DNA from: Octopus vulgaris
Taxonomy: Eukaryota
Length of the DNA: 64,000 bases
Assembly: GCA_951406725.2 (NCBI GenBank)
Contig: OX597822.1
Location: 41,850,001 to 41,914,000 of the forward strand
Direction: 5' to 3'
Shown: positions 11,885 through 23,649 of the stretch, one piece after another
Numbering within the stretch: position 1 is the stretch's first letter
How the letters are laid out: each line of letters begins with the position of its first letter
Made by a program: the position numbers and the translations under genes
The notes under the pieces: model-generated
Databases searched by the model: none
What the model saw: the letters and a program-made list of their open reading frames with translations, nothing else
Told to the model about the DNA's origin: nothing

Positions 11885-12045
11885 GCATTATTTTCACTCC
11901 TTGTTTCTTTCTGTGTTCCTTTCTGTGGAAGAGTGTAGGCTCGAAATGTTAAAGACTTTTTTCACTTCCTGAGCGTTATAAAAATACTTCTGTTTATTGT
12001 CTACACCACCTGTCTTTTGTTTTTTGTTTTTTCGTGAATTCTCCC
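11885..12045 (+). mobile_element. Penelope-like terminal-repeat fragment with hammerhead motif at 11919-11954
   Basis: CTTT CTGTGGA A GAGT GTAG GCTC GAAA TGTT AAAG. Stem I is CTTT/AAAG, stem II is GAGT/GCTC and GAAA is intact. Confidence 0.6.
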
Positions 12046-12439
12046 TATATATACGTGTATATGTGTGTATGTGTGAGTATGTGACCACACACATACACAC
12101 ATATGTGTGTGTGCATATATATATATGTAATGTGTGTGTGTGTGTGTGTGAGAAAGGTGGCAATTACAAGTTTCATCAGCGGTAGTTTATCTTGTCATGT
12201 GACATATGATGTCATCACTAACTTGCTGCTGCTGCTGTTGTTTAATTTGCCATGCTTGTCTGCCACCAGTTCTCTTCAATAATGACTTTAACAAAAATGA
12301 CAAATAATGAGTGTGTGTGTGTGTGTGTACATTCACAATTCTGCAATGTTATGGATAATGTATTTCCATTCCCACAAAAATAAGTAAATAACCATATGCC
12401 TGTGCATACTGTCTATGTCTGGTGTGTGCGTGTATATAT

Positions 12440-12504
<65 letters not shown>

Positions 12505-12930
12505 TACTCACACGCTCAGGCATACATATACAAATATACCTGCATACACACACGCATATCCTTTGTTGAAGTTTCTAGGAAGTGAGCAGGGTGTAGCTAA
12601 AACACGATTTAGTCACTGCTGTCACGGTCACAGTTATTGATGACATCACAGAACTGACAGTCATTGTTCACCTCTGAACTCCCTCACTCACAACAGTGCT
12701 TGCTTTGAAACCAAGGTGAGTGAGGGTGAGAAAGAGAAACTATACACTAGAAATAGCAGCCAAATCTCCCTCAGTTTGCATTCTCCCATCTTTATAAATA
12801 GATCATGTTGGATGATGTAGCCCAGAGTAGTCTGTTTGAATATATGATCTGATGATCATGAGTAGAATGATATTTATAATAGCTCTGCTTGATTATGGTT
12901 AAGCTGGGGCTAAACAATGCCTTTGTTTTC

Positions 12931-13132
12931 TGTTGAAGGGAATTAGTAATAATGGTACACCCCTCCCATGTGATGAATGGAATAACCTAGTCGCTATAAG
13001 TAAAGAGAAGTATGGGAAGTACCAGAGTACGTAGTAGGTGGTCAGAGATAGTCATGTCTTTAGTGGTTTTACTAAGTATACTGTATACCGAAGTGGGCGT
13101 TATAACTATCCAGCATTTTAAGTATTATAACA
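12931..13132 (+). repeat. 5' LTR
   Basis: TGTTG...TAACA; about 86% identical to 16180-16380 by manual alignment. Confidence 0.95.
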
Positions 13133-13133
13133 G

Positions 13134-13146
13134 TGGCAATGAGGAT
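13134..13146 (+). promoter_or_regulatory. Primer-binding site (tRNA-Ser(GCU)-like)
   Basis: TGGCAATGAGGAT lies 1 nt after the LTR. It equals TGGCGACGAGGAT with two CpG-type changes. Confidence 0.75.
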
Positions 13147-13391
13147 TTAAATAACTCATGAAGAATTAATAAACCCGACGAGGATTCTAACAACTCACAA
13201 GGAGTTAACAAATTCACAGAAGTTTTTGTTGTGTGAATTTTATAAAAAAACAAACATTAAATTATCGAAAATTTGTTGGCCAGTTTGCTCAAGTTGCGAA
13301 AACAACTGCAACTGAAAGTACAGCAGCAGCTGCAACTTCAAGAACAACAGCTGAAGCAACAACACCACCAACAACAACAACAACAGCAGGG

Positions 13392-13913
13392 TGGAGGCGC
13401 AATGGACCAGCGGTTAGGGCAGTGGACTTGCGGTCGAAAGAACGCGGTTTCGATTCCCAGACCAGGCACTGTGAGTGTTTATTGAGCAAAAACACCTAAG
13501 CTCCACGAGGCTCCAGTGGGGGAGGAGTGAACCCCACTGTACTCTTTCACCACAACTTTCTCTCACTCTTTCTTCCTACTTCTGCCACAAAGGAGAGGAA
13601 CCACGGTGTAACCCACTATGGTGTGGTAAACTTTCAGACCCTAGTCTAGGTTGTGAATCCTCTGTACTCCAGGGTAGTTCAGCTCTTCACCCGTAAAAAG
13701 CCGCCGTTAACGGAATGAGGATAACAACATAGCTTTCGTGCCTGTGCAACCGCCAGTCTATCGCATGTGGTGGGTGGATCTTCAAGTTGCCACACGCATT
13801 CTTAGTAGCTTAGAGTAGGCTCGAATTAGATATTATTCTTTGTGGCTAATGGCATGAGTCCGAATTGGAAGAAGAAGACGACGAAGAAGAAGGAGGAGAA
13901 GAAGAAGAAGACG
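13392..13913 (+). mobile_element. Young tRNA-derived SINE (family G) nested in the LTR element
   Basis: tRNA-like head GGAGGCGCAATGGACCAGCGGTTAGGGC...TTCGATTCCC, (GAA)n tail, and flanking ACAGCAG direct repeat (13383-13389, 13914-13920). Confidence 0.8.
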
Positions 13914-14049
13914 ACAGCAGATACAAGTGTAAGAGCAACAACAATAAATAATATTACAGCAACAAATGCTGTAATTACTGAAGTCAGGAAAAGTGTTCTT
14001 AACAGTCTACATGCAAACTCCATAACAGTTCAAATATGAACCTGGAGAA

Positions 14050-14760
14050 GGAGTTACCTTTGAAGCCTACTACAGAAGAAAGATGTGAGCAATTCTTCGA
14101 TAAGGTACATAAAGATTGGGACAATGAGATGAAAATGCGCTTAATCTTGAGAAAACTGGCAGCAAAAGAACATGAACGAAACAGTAATTATGTACTCCCA
14201 AGAAAACCTTCAGGCATAAGCTTTCATGGCACAATACATATATTGTGTAAATTTTTAGTGAAAAAATTTCATTGTTCAACACATGTTGGAAGTGTTTGAA
14301 CATAAAGAAAAACAATGACAAGGACTACATCACATATGCTGGTAGAGTAAACAGGTAATGCAAAAAGTTTAAGATGGACGAATTAATGCCAGATATGTTC
14401 AAATGTCTGATTTTTACACAGGGACTAACTGCAGAAAAAGACACAGAAGTTAGAACTAGAATTCTTGCTAAGCTGGAACAAAACGAGGATGTAGCCCTAC
14501 GGCAAGTGTCAAAAGAATGCGAAAGGATAGTCAAATTAAAATAAGATAGAGGAAATCGAACAGAAGGATTGTTTCCAAGTAAAACAAGTGCAAAATAGTC
14601 AGAATAGAGATAAAGTGTTTTTAAAAAACATGACAAAAATCAGGAAATAAACCCATGCTTTGCATGTGGAGATATACACCTGAGGAAAAATTGTCCATTT
14701 AAAAAAGCAAAGTGTTTTTGTTGTGGAAATATAGGACATCTGAAGATGTCAGAGCAAAGG
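14050..14760 (+). pseudogene. gag: gag remnant with tandem zinc knuckles
   Basis: RLILRKL..KEHER..NYVLPRKP; DYITYAGRVNR*CKKF...FKCLIFTQGL...EVRTRILAKLE; CFACGDIHLRKNC followed by CFCCGNIGHLKM. Confidence 0.85.
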
Positions 14761-14809
14761 AAAAAGAATAAATAGTATGTGTTTGGAAGGAATTGGTAAG
14801 ATAATGATA

Positions 14810-15100
14810 GGAAATTCATGAAGGTGAAAATCAGAAATACAAGTGTTAAAATGAAATGAGACACTGGTAGTGATATCATCATTATAAACGAAAAAACTTG
14901 GAAATATGTCAGTAAGCTGAAATTAATTCAATTGAAAAAGGTAGCACGTGGTATTACAGGGAAAAAGATTATAGTTTTTCAGTGAATTCATATGTAATGT
15001 AAACTTTCGAGGTCAAACAAAAGAAGCAAAGATATATGTGTTAAAAAGTTCACTCAATTTATTTGGCAAAGAGTGGATTAAAATATTCAAAGTATGGAAT
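14810..15100 (+). pseudogene. Retroviral-type aspartic protease remnant
   Basis: VKMK*DTGSDIIIINEKTW, with DTG at about 14860, and a downstream NLFGKEWI motif. Confidence 0.8.
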
Positions 15101-15264
15101 ACTCCCATAAGTGCTCTGTGTGGAAATATAGTCAATTCAGTTGAAGGTTCAAATGTGGCTGAAGGACTGAAACAAAAAACTGCAGTAAAACAGAGTGGAA
15201 TACCTATATGTAAGCCAAAACAAAATGAAAAATTGCCCACGATAAGTAAACATTGCTCAAAAGT

Positions 15265-15760
15265 AGATGTTCTATGGTCGAGACTACACATCAATTTCTC
15301 TGGTCTTTTAAATGGTTCTTACCACTTAGTGGTAGTTCATAGTTTCTCAAAATAGCCAGAAGTTTATAAATAAAAAACCAACTTCCTCAACTGTGATAAA
15401 TGTTTTACATGAATTGTTTGCAAGATTTGGCATCCCAGACAAAATAATGTCTGACAATGGAACACAATTTGTGTCTAATGAATTTTAAAAATTTTGTGGA
15501 ATTTTCATGGTAGAACATATAACTACTGCTCCATACCATCCCAGATCTAATGAGCTGGCAGAACAGTTTGTTGATACCTTCAAGAGAGCCCTAAGAAAGT
15601 CAAAGAAGGAAGTCATAGATGAGGTAGCTTCCCAACAATTCTTGTGAGTGTACTGTGTGACACCAAATCCAAATGCACCAGCAGAGCTGATGTTTACAAG
15701 GGAAGTAAAATCAGTCTTCAATAAATTGCTGCCTGGCAAGAAAAGAAGTACCAGCAAGAT
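15265..15760 (+). pseudogene. Integrase core remnant
   Basis: WSRLHINFSG...LVVVHSFSK*PEV; LFARFGIPDKIMSDNGTQF; TAPYHPRSNELAEQFVDTFKRAL. Confidence 0.9.
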
Positions 15761-16168
15761 TCTTTAAAGTTGGTAAAAAGGTGTATATCAGGGCATACAA
15801 GAATGGAAAGCAGAGTTGGGATGATGGCATAATTACCAAGTGTATAGACAAAATAATGTATTGGGTAAAAAGAAAAGGCATACAAAAGAGACACGGGAAC
15901 CAACTGAAAAAGAGATTCATGGAAAGTGAACCAAAGAAGTTAGAGGAAGCGATGGAATGATTGTACAATATATTCCAAGTATCAGCACCACTGCTGGTGA
16001 TTGAACCCAGTCATACAACTGAGAGGAAAAGAAAACATAGAGTTCTGGAAAATAAATGCCAAGCTCAAAAAATATTAAATTGTACGAAAAAAACACCTGA
16101 AAAAAGGGAGGTGGGGGTGAATAAAAAAAAGAATTGTGAAATAAAATCACATTTCCTAAGAAAAACTT

Positions 16169-16178
16169 AAAAGGGGAG
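16169..16178 (+). promoter_or_regulatory. Polypurine tract
   Basis: AAAAGGGGAG immediately upstream of the 3' LTR. Confidence 0.8.
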
Positions 16179-16179
16179 C

Positions 16180-16380
16180 TGTTGTAAAGAATTAGTTGTA
16201 AAGGTACACCCCTCCCACATGACCAATGGAATAACCTAATCAGTATAAGCAAAGAGAAATACGTGAAGTACCAGAGTACGTAGTAGGCAGTCAGAGAAAG
16301 TCGTGTCTTGACTGGTTTTACTAAGTATACTGTATACCGAAGTGGGCATTATAACAATCCAACATTTTAAGGATTCAACA
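16180..16380 (+). repeat. 3' LTR
   Basis: TGTTG...CAACA, followed by the TSD TTTTC. Confidence 0.95.
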
Positions 16381-16739
16381 TTTTCTTAACTAGGCTTCTA
16401 GTCATGTGATATTACATAAGATTAGTTTGATAGTGGAGTTAGTAGATATATTATAATAGTTTTGTGATAGATGCTGGTTGCAAGTGAATCTTGGAAGGGA
16501 TCTGTCATAAAACTGGTGGACAAGGACCTTGCTTGCTATGATAGTACCCACATTTTCTCAATACATGAACTTACCTTAAAACTCAAATTTCCAATCCTAC
16601 CTAATATTGATCTAGAATGGACTGTTTCTCCTACAATGGCTGGCCATTACGTCATATCATGTGTGAATTACTCTAGCTGTAACTTTTTCAAATATCCATA
16701 TAAACTAGCAACAACAGTCATGGCAGAATAAACACATAG

Positions 16740-17230
16740 GAAGTCTTTCCTAACTCATAACAAAAGATAATCTAAAATGGAATAACAGCTTGAAACTTTA
16801 TCTGCATCCAAAATGAAAATACTGAAAATGGCTTGTGAAATCCATTCATTGTTAAGATTGTAATTGTATCTACATTAAGAATTCTTTTGCAAGGCAGATT
16901 TCCCCAGATATATTAATTTATATGTAAGGAATTCTCTCTTCTCGTTCTATAGATAAACTATTAATGATCTGTGATAAGGCTAAACATCCCATGAATGCTT
17001 TTTAAACTATAGAATTCTTTCTCTCTCTAAAATACGAATTAACTTTGTAAAATGTTTAATTTAGAGTAATTTCTTTGCCACGGGTTATGCCTTACTGATA
17101 ATTTTAAAGAAGAATGAAATGGTACTATACATGGTGACTAATGACTAGATATTTTAAGTTTTTTATAATGTGTAAGAAAGAAGAAATATGAAATGTGTAT
17201 ATTCTGTGTACCTTCTCTATCACTCTTTGT
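16740..17230 (+). mobile_element. Ancient repeat, possibly a CR1/L2-like LINE 3' region; second copy at about 24540-24900
   Basis: Shared blocks TGTAAG.AATT.TCTCT, ATTAATGATCT, TAAACTATA, AACTTTGTA.AATGTT.AATTTAG and ACATGG. Weak DNLKWN and LNY..LSL remnants. Confidence 0.45.
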
Positions 17231-17541
17231 TTTAAAATTTGAGCTTCCAATCCCACCTAAACCTGATCAAAAATAGATTATCTTACCTATAAGAGCTGAC
17301 CTCCAGAGCACATTGTGTGTATGAAATTACCTTATTTTATCAAAATTATTGATTGTTTATTGACAACACTGAAACTGCAACTTTCAATCTTTCTGTCATT
17401 TAAATTCAAACACTAACTTTTTAAAACTAGCTAATATTGATGTTCAAGGAAACACCTATGTGTGTGTTTATGCATTTATTTATGCCACACACACACACAC
17501 ACAAACACACATATACAAATATATTTACATATCTGTATATA

Positions 17542-17878
17542 GTGAAGGTGCATGGCTCAGTGGTTAGAGCATCGCGCTTACGATTGTGAAGTTGTGAGTT
17601 TGAATCTTAGACTGGGCTGCATGTTGTGTTCTTGAGCAAGACACTTTATTTCACGTTGCTCCAGTTCACTCAACTGTAGAAATGAGTTGCAACATCACAG
17701 GTGCCAAGCTGTATCAGCCTATGCTTTTCCCTTGGATAACACTGGTGGCGTGGAGAGGGGAGGCTGGTATGCATGGGTGACTGCTGGTCTTCCATAAACA
17801 ACCTTGCCCAGACATGTGTCTTGGAGGGTAACTTCCTAGATGCAATCCCATGGATCAGTCATGACCGAAGGGGGTCTC
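17542..17878 (+). mobile_element. tRNA-derived SINE family C, full length
   Basis: A box TGGCTCAGTGG, B-box-like GAGTTTGAATC, core TTCTTGAGCAAGACACTTTATTTCAC, end CATGACCGAAGGGGGTC. Inverse copy at 43485-43850. Confidence 0.85.
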
Positions 17879-18364
17879 CAATCTGTTTATATATATATAA
17901 TGCATATATATGCATGTATTTATGTTTGTGTGTATTTATGTATAGAGATAGATAGATAGATACATACATACATACATACATACATACATACATTTGTTTG
18001 TAGGAGAGCATAACAGAATGAGAGAGAGGGACAGAAAGAAAAATGTAAGGAGGACAAGTGAGGGTGAGGTAGAGGAAAAATGAGAGGGGAGACAAGGGAT
18101 AGAAATGAGATTACTGAACTAATAGTGAATGAAGGAAAAATATTCATTTAAACCTATCAGTGACATGGGTTTAAATGGACACTGATAATTATGTTTAGGG
18201 GCAAATAGTAAATTTGGTGGGTAAGTAATATAGTGTGTGTGGGTAACATTAATGATGTGTGTCTGTAACATTAATGATGGTCAGTGTAGGCAAACAGATT
18301 TTGGTAATGGTATAATTGACTAAACAGACACTATTGATGGTGTGTGGAAGCAAACAGATGATGA

Positions 18365-18623
18365 TGATGAATGTGTGTGTGCATGCATGTGCATGTGTGC
18401 ATACATGTGCACATGTGCAGTACCATCCTAAGGCATGGGCGATGAATGTGTGTGTGCATGCATGCATGTGCACATGTGCAGTACCATCCTAAGGCATGGG
18501 CGATGAATGTGTGTGTGCATGCATGCATGTGCACATGTGCAGTACCATCCTAAGGCATGGGCGATGAATGTGTGTGTGCATGCATGCATGTGCACGTGTG
18601 CAGTACCATCCTAAGGCATGGGC
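18365..18623. repeat. Tandem repeat, 61-bp unit x4
   Basis: GTACCATCCTAAGGCATGGGC occurs at 18420, 18481, 18542 and 18603. Confidence 0.95.
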
Positions 18624-18654
18624 ACACTGGGCAGTTGTCCAGGGGTCAATTTTG

Positions 18655-19176
18655 ATCACGGAGGCAAAGTGGCTGAGTTCCTTTCAAGTGTTGGGCCTCA
18701 CAGAGACAAGATGGCTGAGTCCCTTTCAAGCATTGGGCCTCTTGGAGGCAAAGTGGCCAAGTTCCTTATGAGTGTTGGGCCTCACGGAGGCAATGAGTGA
18801 GGCCTTTAGCATTATGTCATGCTTGAGAAGAAGACCCATCAAGCCAAGCAAAATTGTAGTCGGGGCAGATACTGGTCATGCAAACTGGCTCCCATGCCAG
18901 TGGTACGTAAAAACACTTCAGTGTCACACAGGTTCAGGTGGGATTGGAAGTTCAAATTTTAAAACAAAGAGTGATAAAGAAGGTACACAGAATATACACA
19001 TTTCATATTTCATCTTTCCCACACATTCTTGGAGTGGTTGGTATTAGGAAAGGCATCCAGCTATAGAAAACCATGCCAAATCAGACTAGAGCCTGGTGCA
19101 GCCTTCCAGCGTGCCAGCCCAGTCAAACTGTCCAACTCACGCCAGCATGGACAATGGATGTTAAATGATGATGATG
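18655..19176 (+). mobile_element. RTE-type LINE 3' end (family D) with internal ~39-bp tandem units
   Basis: Repeated TTGGGCCTCACGGAGGCAAAGTGGCTGAG units, a LGLTEAM C-terminal remnant, and the family D tail with (GAT)n. Similar copy at 27060-27387. Confidence 0.75.
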
Positions 19177-19768
19177 TTGTGGTTTGATGTCAATAAATAT
19201 TATAGGGTCTAGTACATTGATTTGCATGTGACCTATAATGCTGTTAAGATAGTTCTCGGGTCTATGTGTGTGTGGCAAACAGACATGAGTGCAGATGGGC
19301 AAACAGATGCCAGTGATGGTATGCATGAGCAAACAATGATAATAATAAGTTCACAAAAAAGAGAATAAATTATTTTGCTGTGAGTAAGAAGTCTAATACT
19401 TTTGACAGACCCCTTTGTCTGAAGTAGATACAATAATAAGAGTTATGCTAATTACCCCAATATATGACTGGTATTTCATTCTTCCATTACATCTGAAGGG
19501 CAAGACATCACCTCATTGCTATAAATTCCATACTTTATCTTTTGCTGTTACTTAGTGTATAATGAGCCATTCTAAGAGACCAAAATAGACTTGGATTTCT
19601 ATAAAACTGGAATAACCGAATCTCAGAGGAACATAGCAACCCAAAATATTTAGAATATACTCATACATACACCAATATATATGTGTGTATAGATATATAC
19701 ATACATACATTTATATATATATTTATTCATACATATATCCATACATCATTTAACAAACATGTTCTATT

Positions 19769-19822
<54 letters not shown>

Positions 19823-19830
19823 GACATGTA

Positions 19831-19871
<41 letters not shown>

Positions 19872-20439
19872 CACACACACATACACACATAACATTCCTG
19901 TTTCTTTATTATTATATTACCAAAGCTGAAGATAATAATTACAGTTCTAGTTGAGTGATAATCAGATAAGTGTCTTCCTTATCATTTTCTCATCACACCA
20001 TATTACTAAAGAAATGAAACAAGAAAAACAGATGTTATTTTCAGAAAACTAAATCTCTCATCAAAATAGCATCACTGTACTTTCTCATCCCTACTTCAGA
20101 TAACATCCTATTTACCTCCCTTGATTAGCCGACCTCTCCTATCTCGGCCTCTCTGTAGATTTCGTTTCCAGATTAGTCGACACAGACAAATGATTTTTTT
20201 GTATATTGTCCAAAGATCTGATGAGCTTCCCTCCTCTCTGATCCTTGTACTGACACCAATGAAGGAATAAATTTGATTAATTTTGTCATTTATTTGATGT
20301 AACAGCCTACTGCTTTCCAAAAGGAGGCCTTCACTTTAATGCATCAAAATACTGTTTTGTGTGGTATTCAGTTATATATTCTTCTTTGGTATTTCATATT
20401 ATCAGGTAGGTTACATGTGAAGACAAGAGTTTTCATATG

Positions 20440-20730
20440 TTTTGTTTACTGCAATTGCAAAGAGGACTTATTTCCAAGCCAAGCTTTGTAAGTCTCTTTC
20501 TTTGCTCAGATGTCATCATTAATCTCTTGATTGAACTAGGGGCTTTTCCTGTCACTTGGTGCTACACTGAGCTGCTTTTGCCCACTGCATTTAACACCCG
20601 AAACAGAAATTGCTAGGCTGAGCAGTCTCCACTCCATTTCAACATCCTTAGTTTTTTCTGGGTGTTCTCTGAACTTAGATAAAATAGTATCTACATACCT
20701 GGTCCTGACCTCCTTATCGGAATGACTCAC
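20440..20730 (-). pseudogene. RTE-like LINE ORF2 internal (EN-RT linker) fragment, inverted
   Basis: EVRTRYVDTILSKF...DVEMEWRLL..AI...KSP*FNQEINDDI*AKKETYKAWL. Confidence 0.7.
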
Positions 20731-20734
20731 TGGT

Positions 20735-20950
20735 TAGGTTTTATAGGCAAAGCCAACTGGCAGAAGATCCAGGGGCAGACCACAAGCAAAATGACTGGAT
20801 AATATCCATGAGTTCAGTTGGTCTTGCTTGGGCTACCAGGAACATCAGTTGGAGACAGTTGATTATGGTAGGAGCCAATGAAAGGCACACTTGAGGACTC
20901 GACCTCCACAACCCTCCCAGAAATAAGTGGGCAGAGAATATGGGATGAGC
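20735..20950 (+). pseudogene. RTE-like LINE ORF2 C-terminus
   Basis: AKPTGRRSRGRPQAK*LDNIHEFSWSCLG...RSQ*KAHLRTRPPQPSQK*. Confidence 0.75.
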
Positions 20951-21432
20951 AGAGATATTTTATTAACCTGCACCATTTATATGTCAACATATAAATATAT
21001 TAATGGAATGACATTCATGAAACAACTAACAAAAGTTAAAACCCGTCTGTAATATTATATGCTAGATGATATTATGGAAATAGTTCATTGTCATTGAAGA
21101 TGAAATCTGTAGAAGGAATTTAAATCACTGCAAATAATCAATGTGTGTTATCAGACACTTTAATCTAAGGCTGGTGCCTTTTGTTGAATATGACATGAGT
21201 AAGTTGAATGAGAGAAAATGAAAGAAAGTGCAAGATCAACTTACTGAGCAAAGTGACATAGTTTTATTTGAATGGCTGAGTGGCTCTTGTCTGTGGTTGA
21301 ATTCACCATAACTGTAAGCCAGATTTTCCAGAACCTCCTGCAAAACTGTTTGGGAAGGAAAAGTTGTTCACTTTCTTTAAAGTTCACTGCAGCAACTAAA
21401 AGTTAGCCAGTGCTGATTGGTCAAATGAAATG

Positions 21433-22496
21433 TGAGATGGTATCAAAAAGTTATGTTTACTACAAAAAAATAACTTATTTATCTAAGTTTTAACATCAAC
21501 CCCTTCAAAACAGTCACCTTGTACAGCAATACGCCGGTCCCAACATTCTTGCCTCTTTTGGAATCCGGCCTTGAAGTCATTTCCCATGAGTGAGTTGAGA
21601 ACTTTCTACGATTCACTTTTTGTCTTGACAGCAGTTTTAAAACGGTGACCTTTGAGCTGCATTTTCATCTTGGGTGAGAGGGGGAAGTCCGCAGACACTA
21701 AATCTGATGAATAGGGTGGGTGCAGAAGCAATACCATGTTGTTTTTGGTGAGAGACTCATGAGTGAGGAGAGCTTGGTGACAGGATGTATTGTTGTCGTG
21801 AAGAATCCAATTCTTTGCACTCCTCAGATCTGGTCGCTTTCACCGAACGTCCTCCCTTAAATACTTTAAATCATGATCTGTTTCTAAGAGGCAAAATGAA
21901 CCTTCATTTAGTTCATTTAAAGGAATTATATATGAATCAAATTCAATGTTTATGAAATCTGAGTATCATTGGTGTCCTAACACTTTAATTGTAAGAAGTG
22001 GATTAATAGATTCATCTAGGAGGTATAGTAATTTTAAAGATGGTAATGCAAGAAAAAGTAGAATAATTCTGGGGATGATTGTTCAGATTGTTTCAATTTT
22101 TTGTCTTTCTGTGATTATTAATGAAGAAGATTGTCCTCCAACAATCTTCATGCACAAGCTGATGAATTTTCTCCACATTTCCGGGGGGCGATGACCCATT
22201 GCCTCATCACTATAAGCTTGCTGGAGCATCCTCAATGACTCAGTAGCAGACTTCCCAAGAAAGTTTAACACAAAATTTCACATTGGCCCTTTGTTCCTCT
22301 CCATGGCAAAATTGCAAACTACAGCATACATGTGATCACGAAAACACAAATTTCATAACTTGCAAAGTGAACACAGTGCTGTTACTCAGTACACTGCCTC
22401 ATGAAGGTCACTGCTAGCTTTCACTGTACATGCAACTGTATGCTACCATCTGTTGGTGCGCTGCAGAACTAGTCTGGGAGCTTTTTGACACATGTA
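21433..22496 (-). mobile_element. Mariner transposon relic, internally deleted
   Basis: N-terminal LGKSATESLRMLQQAYSDEAMG and NVEKIHQLVHED; C-terminal NWILHDDN and HPPYSSDLVSADF (YSPDL motif); decayed TIRs containing TCAAAAAG at both ends. Confidence 0.85.
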
Positions 22497-23115
22497 GGCA
22501 TTAATGCATTCTTTGGCAACACATTGCCTTTTATGGCAGTATTGTAACTACATATTCTGACTATTTACTCTCACTACACACACACACACACACATATGTT
22601 GTATACCTTCTCCACACAAGCTATCCATCATCTTCACGTCGATACACGTACATCAATAGTAAATATTTTGTCCTATCCTTCCTCTCCATAACTAGATCAC
22701 TCTGAAATTCCCTCCTTCTCACTTCTGCTCTTTGCATGTTCAAATTGACTATCAGTCATACCAATCACATCAATCACAACAGTAAAATGCAAATACTCTT
22801 TGGAGAAGAAAGACATCAATGTATTGGATTTGAAATGTGGAAGAGGAGAAAGAGGTTGTGGAAATGTACATGTGTGTTTGTGTGTGTATATGTGTGTGTG
22901 TGTGTGCATGTATGTACACATGAATGTATGTGTGTGTAGCAGGCAAACAGAGAGAGAGGAAGAGATTAACCAGTTACATTGAGAGGCTACTATGAATGAT
23001 CATTGATAAGGCAAGAGGGTGTAATGATCTCTGAATCTATGTGATCCAGAAATACACCGAATCTATGAATGATAATTCAGCTATTTCCTAGCTAAATGTG
23101 TTGCTGTAATATCAG

Positions 23116-23319
23116 GTTCAAACTTTGGCACAAGACCAAGGGAGAGATGTAAGTCAACTACATTGATCCCAGTAATCAACTGGTACTTATTTTATTGACC
23201 TGAAAGTATGAAAGGCAAAGTCAGCTTCAGTGTATTATGAACTCTGAACATAGAGAAGGATTAAAAGCTGCCAAGCAATTTCCTCATTGTGCTAACAATT
23301 GTTCCAGCTTGCTGCCTTC
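23116..23319 (-). mobile_element. SINE family B with 19-bp TSD
   Basis: Flanked by TGTGTTGCTGTAATATCAG at 23097-23115 and 23320-23338. Confidence 0.8.
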
Positions 23320-23427
23320 TGTGTTGCTGTAATATCAGTTACCTGTAAGGTAACACACTAAACTATTACTCATCACATTCTTTATTATTTCAGGATTTTT
23401 TTTTTTTTTTCTGTTTTTAATCCTTAA

Positions 23428-23649
23428 TCCTTTTGATACCAATCCGGTTGAAACCAGCTCTGGCTCTGTAATACAAATGTCTTGTTTTCATAAGTTTTGA
23501 ATTAAAATCCTCCACCAAACCTTAGTCACAGTGTATGTTCCTAACATTAGCTTAATGATAACTAAGTTATTTTGCCAAATTCTTTGTTATATTTAAAATT
23601 AATTGAAAGAAACACAGAGCATTGAAAAATAAATACGGTAATGAAAGGA
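23428..23649. mobile_element. piggyBac-like MITE (second family)
   Basis: TTAA|TCCTTTTGATACC ... GGTAATGAAAGGA|TTAA. Confidence 0.65.

Larger units (their letters stand above)
12931..16380 (+). mobile_element. Ty3/Gypsy (Mag-type) LTR retrotransposon, non-autonomous and decayed
   Basis: Two TG...CA LTRs of about 201 bp, 5-bp TSD TTTTC (12926-12930 and 16381-16385), PBS, PPT, and gag, protease and integrase remnants. Confidence 0.95.

Noticed and set aside
11535-11972. 145-aa plus-strand ORF
   Set aside because: Antisense of a decayed RTE RT joined to a Penelope-like fragment.
17542-17620. tRNA-like sequences here and at 13392 and 45560-45628
   Set aside because: These are SINE heads with no complete acceptor stem; each continues into SINE body sequence.
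20108-20320. 70-aa minus-strand ORF with donor-like GAG|GTAAAT
   Set aside because: No recognisable domain, a weak acceptor, and adjacent to LINE debris. The CTGATGAG at about 20218 has no GAAA partner, so it is not a hammerhead.
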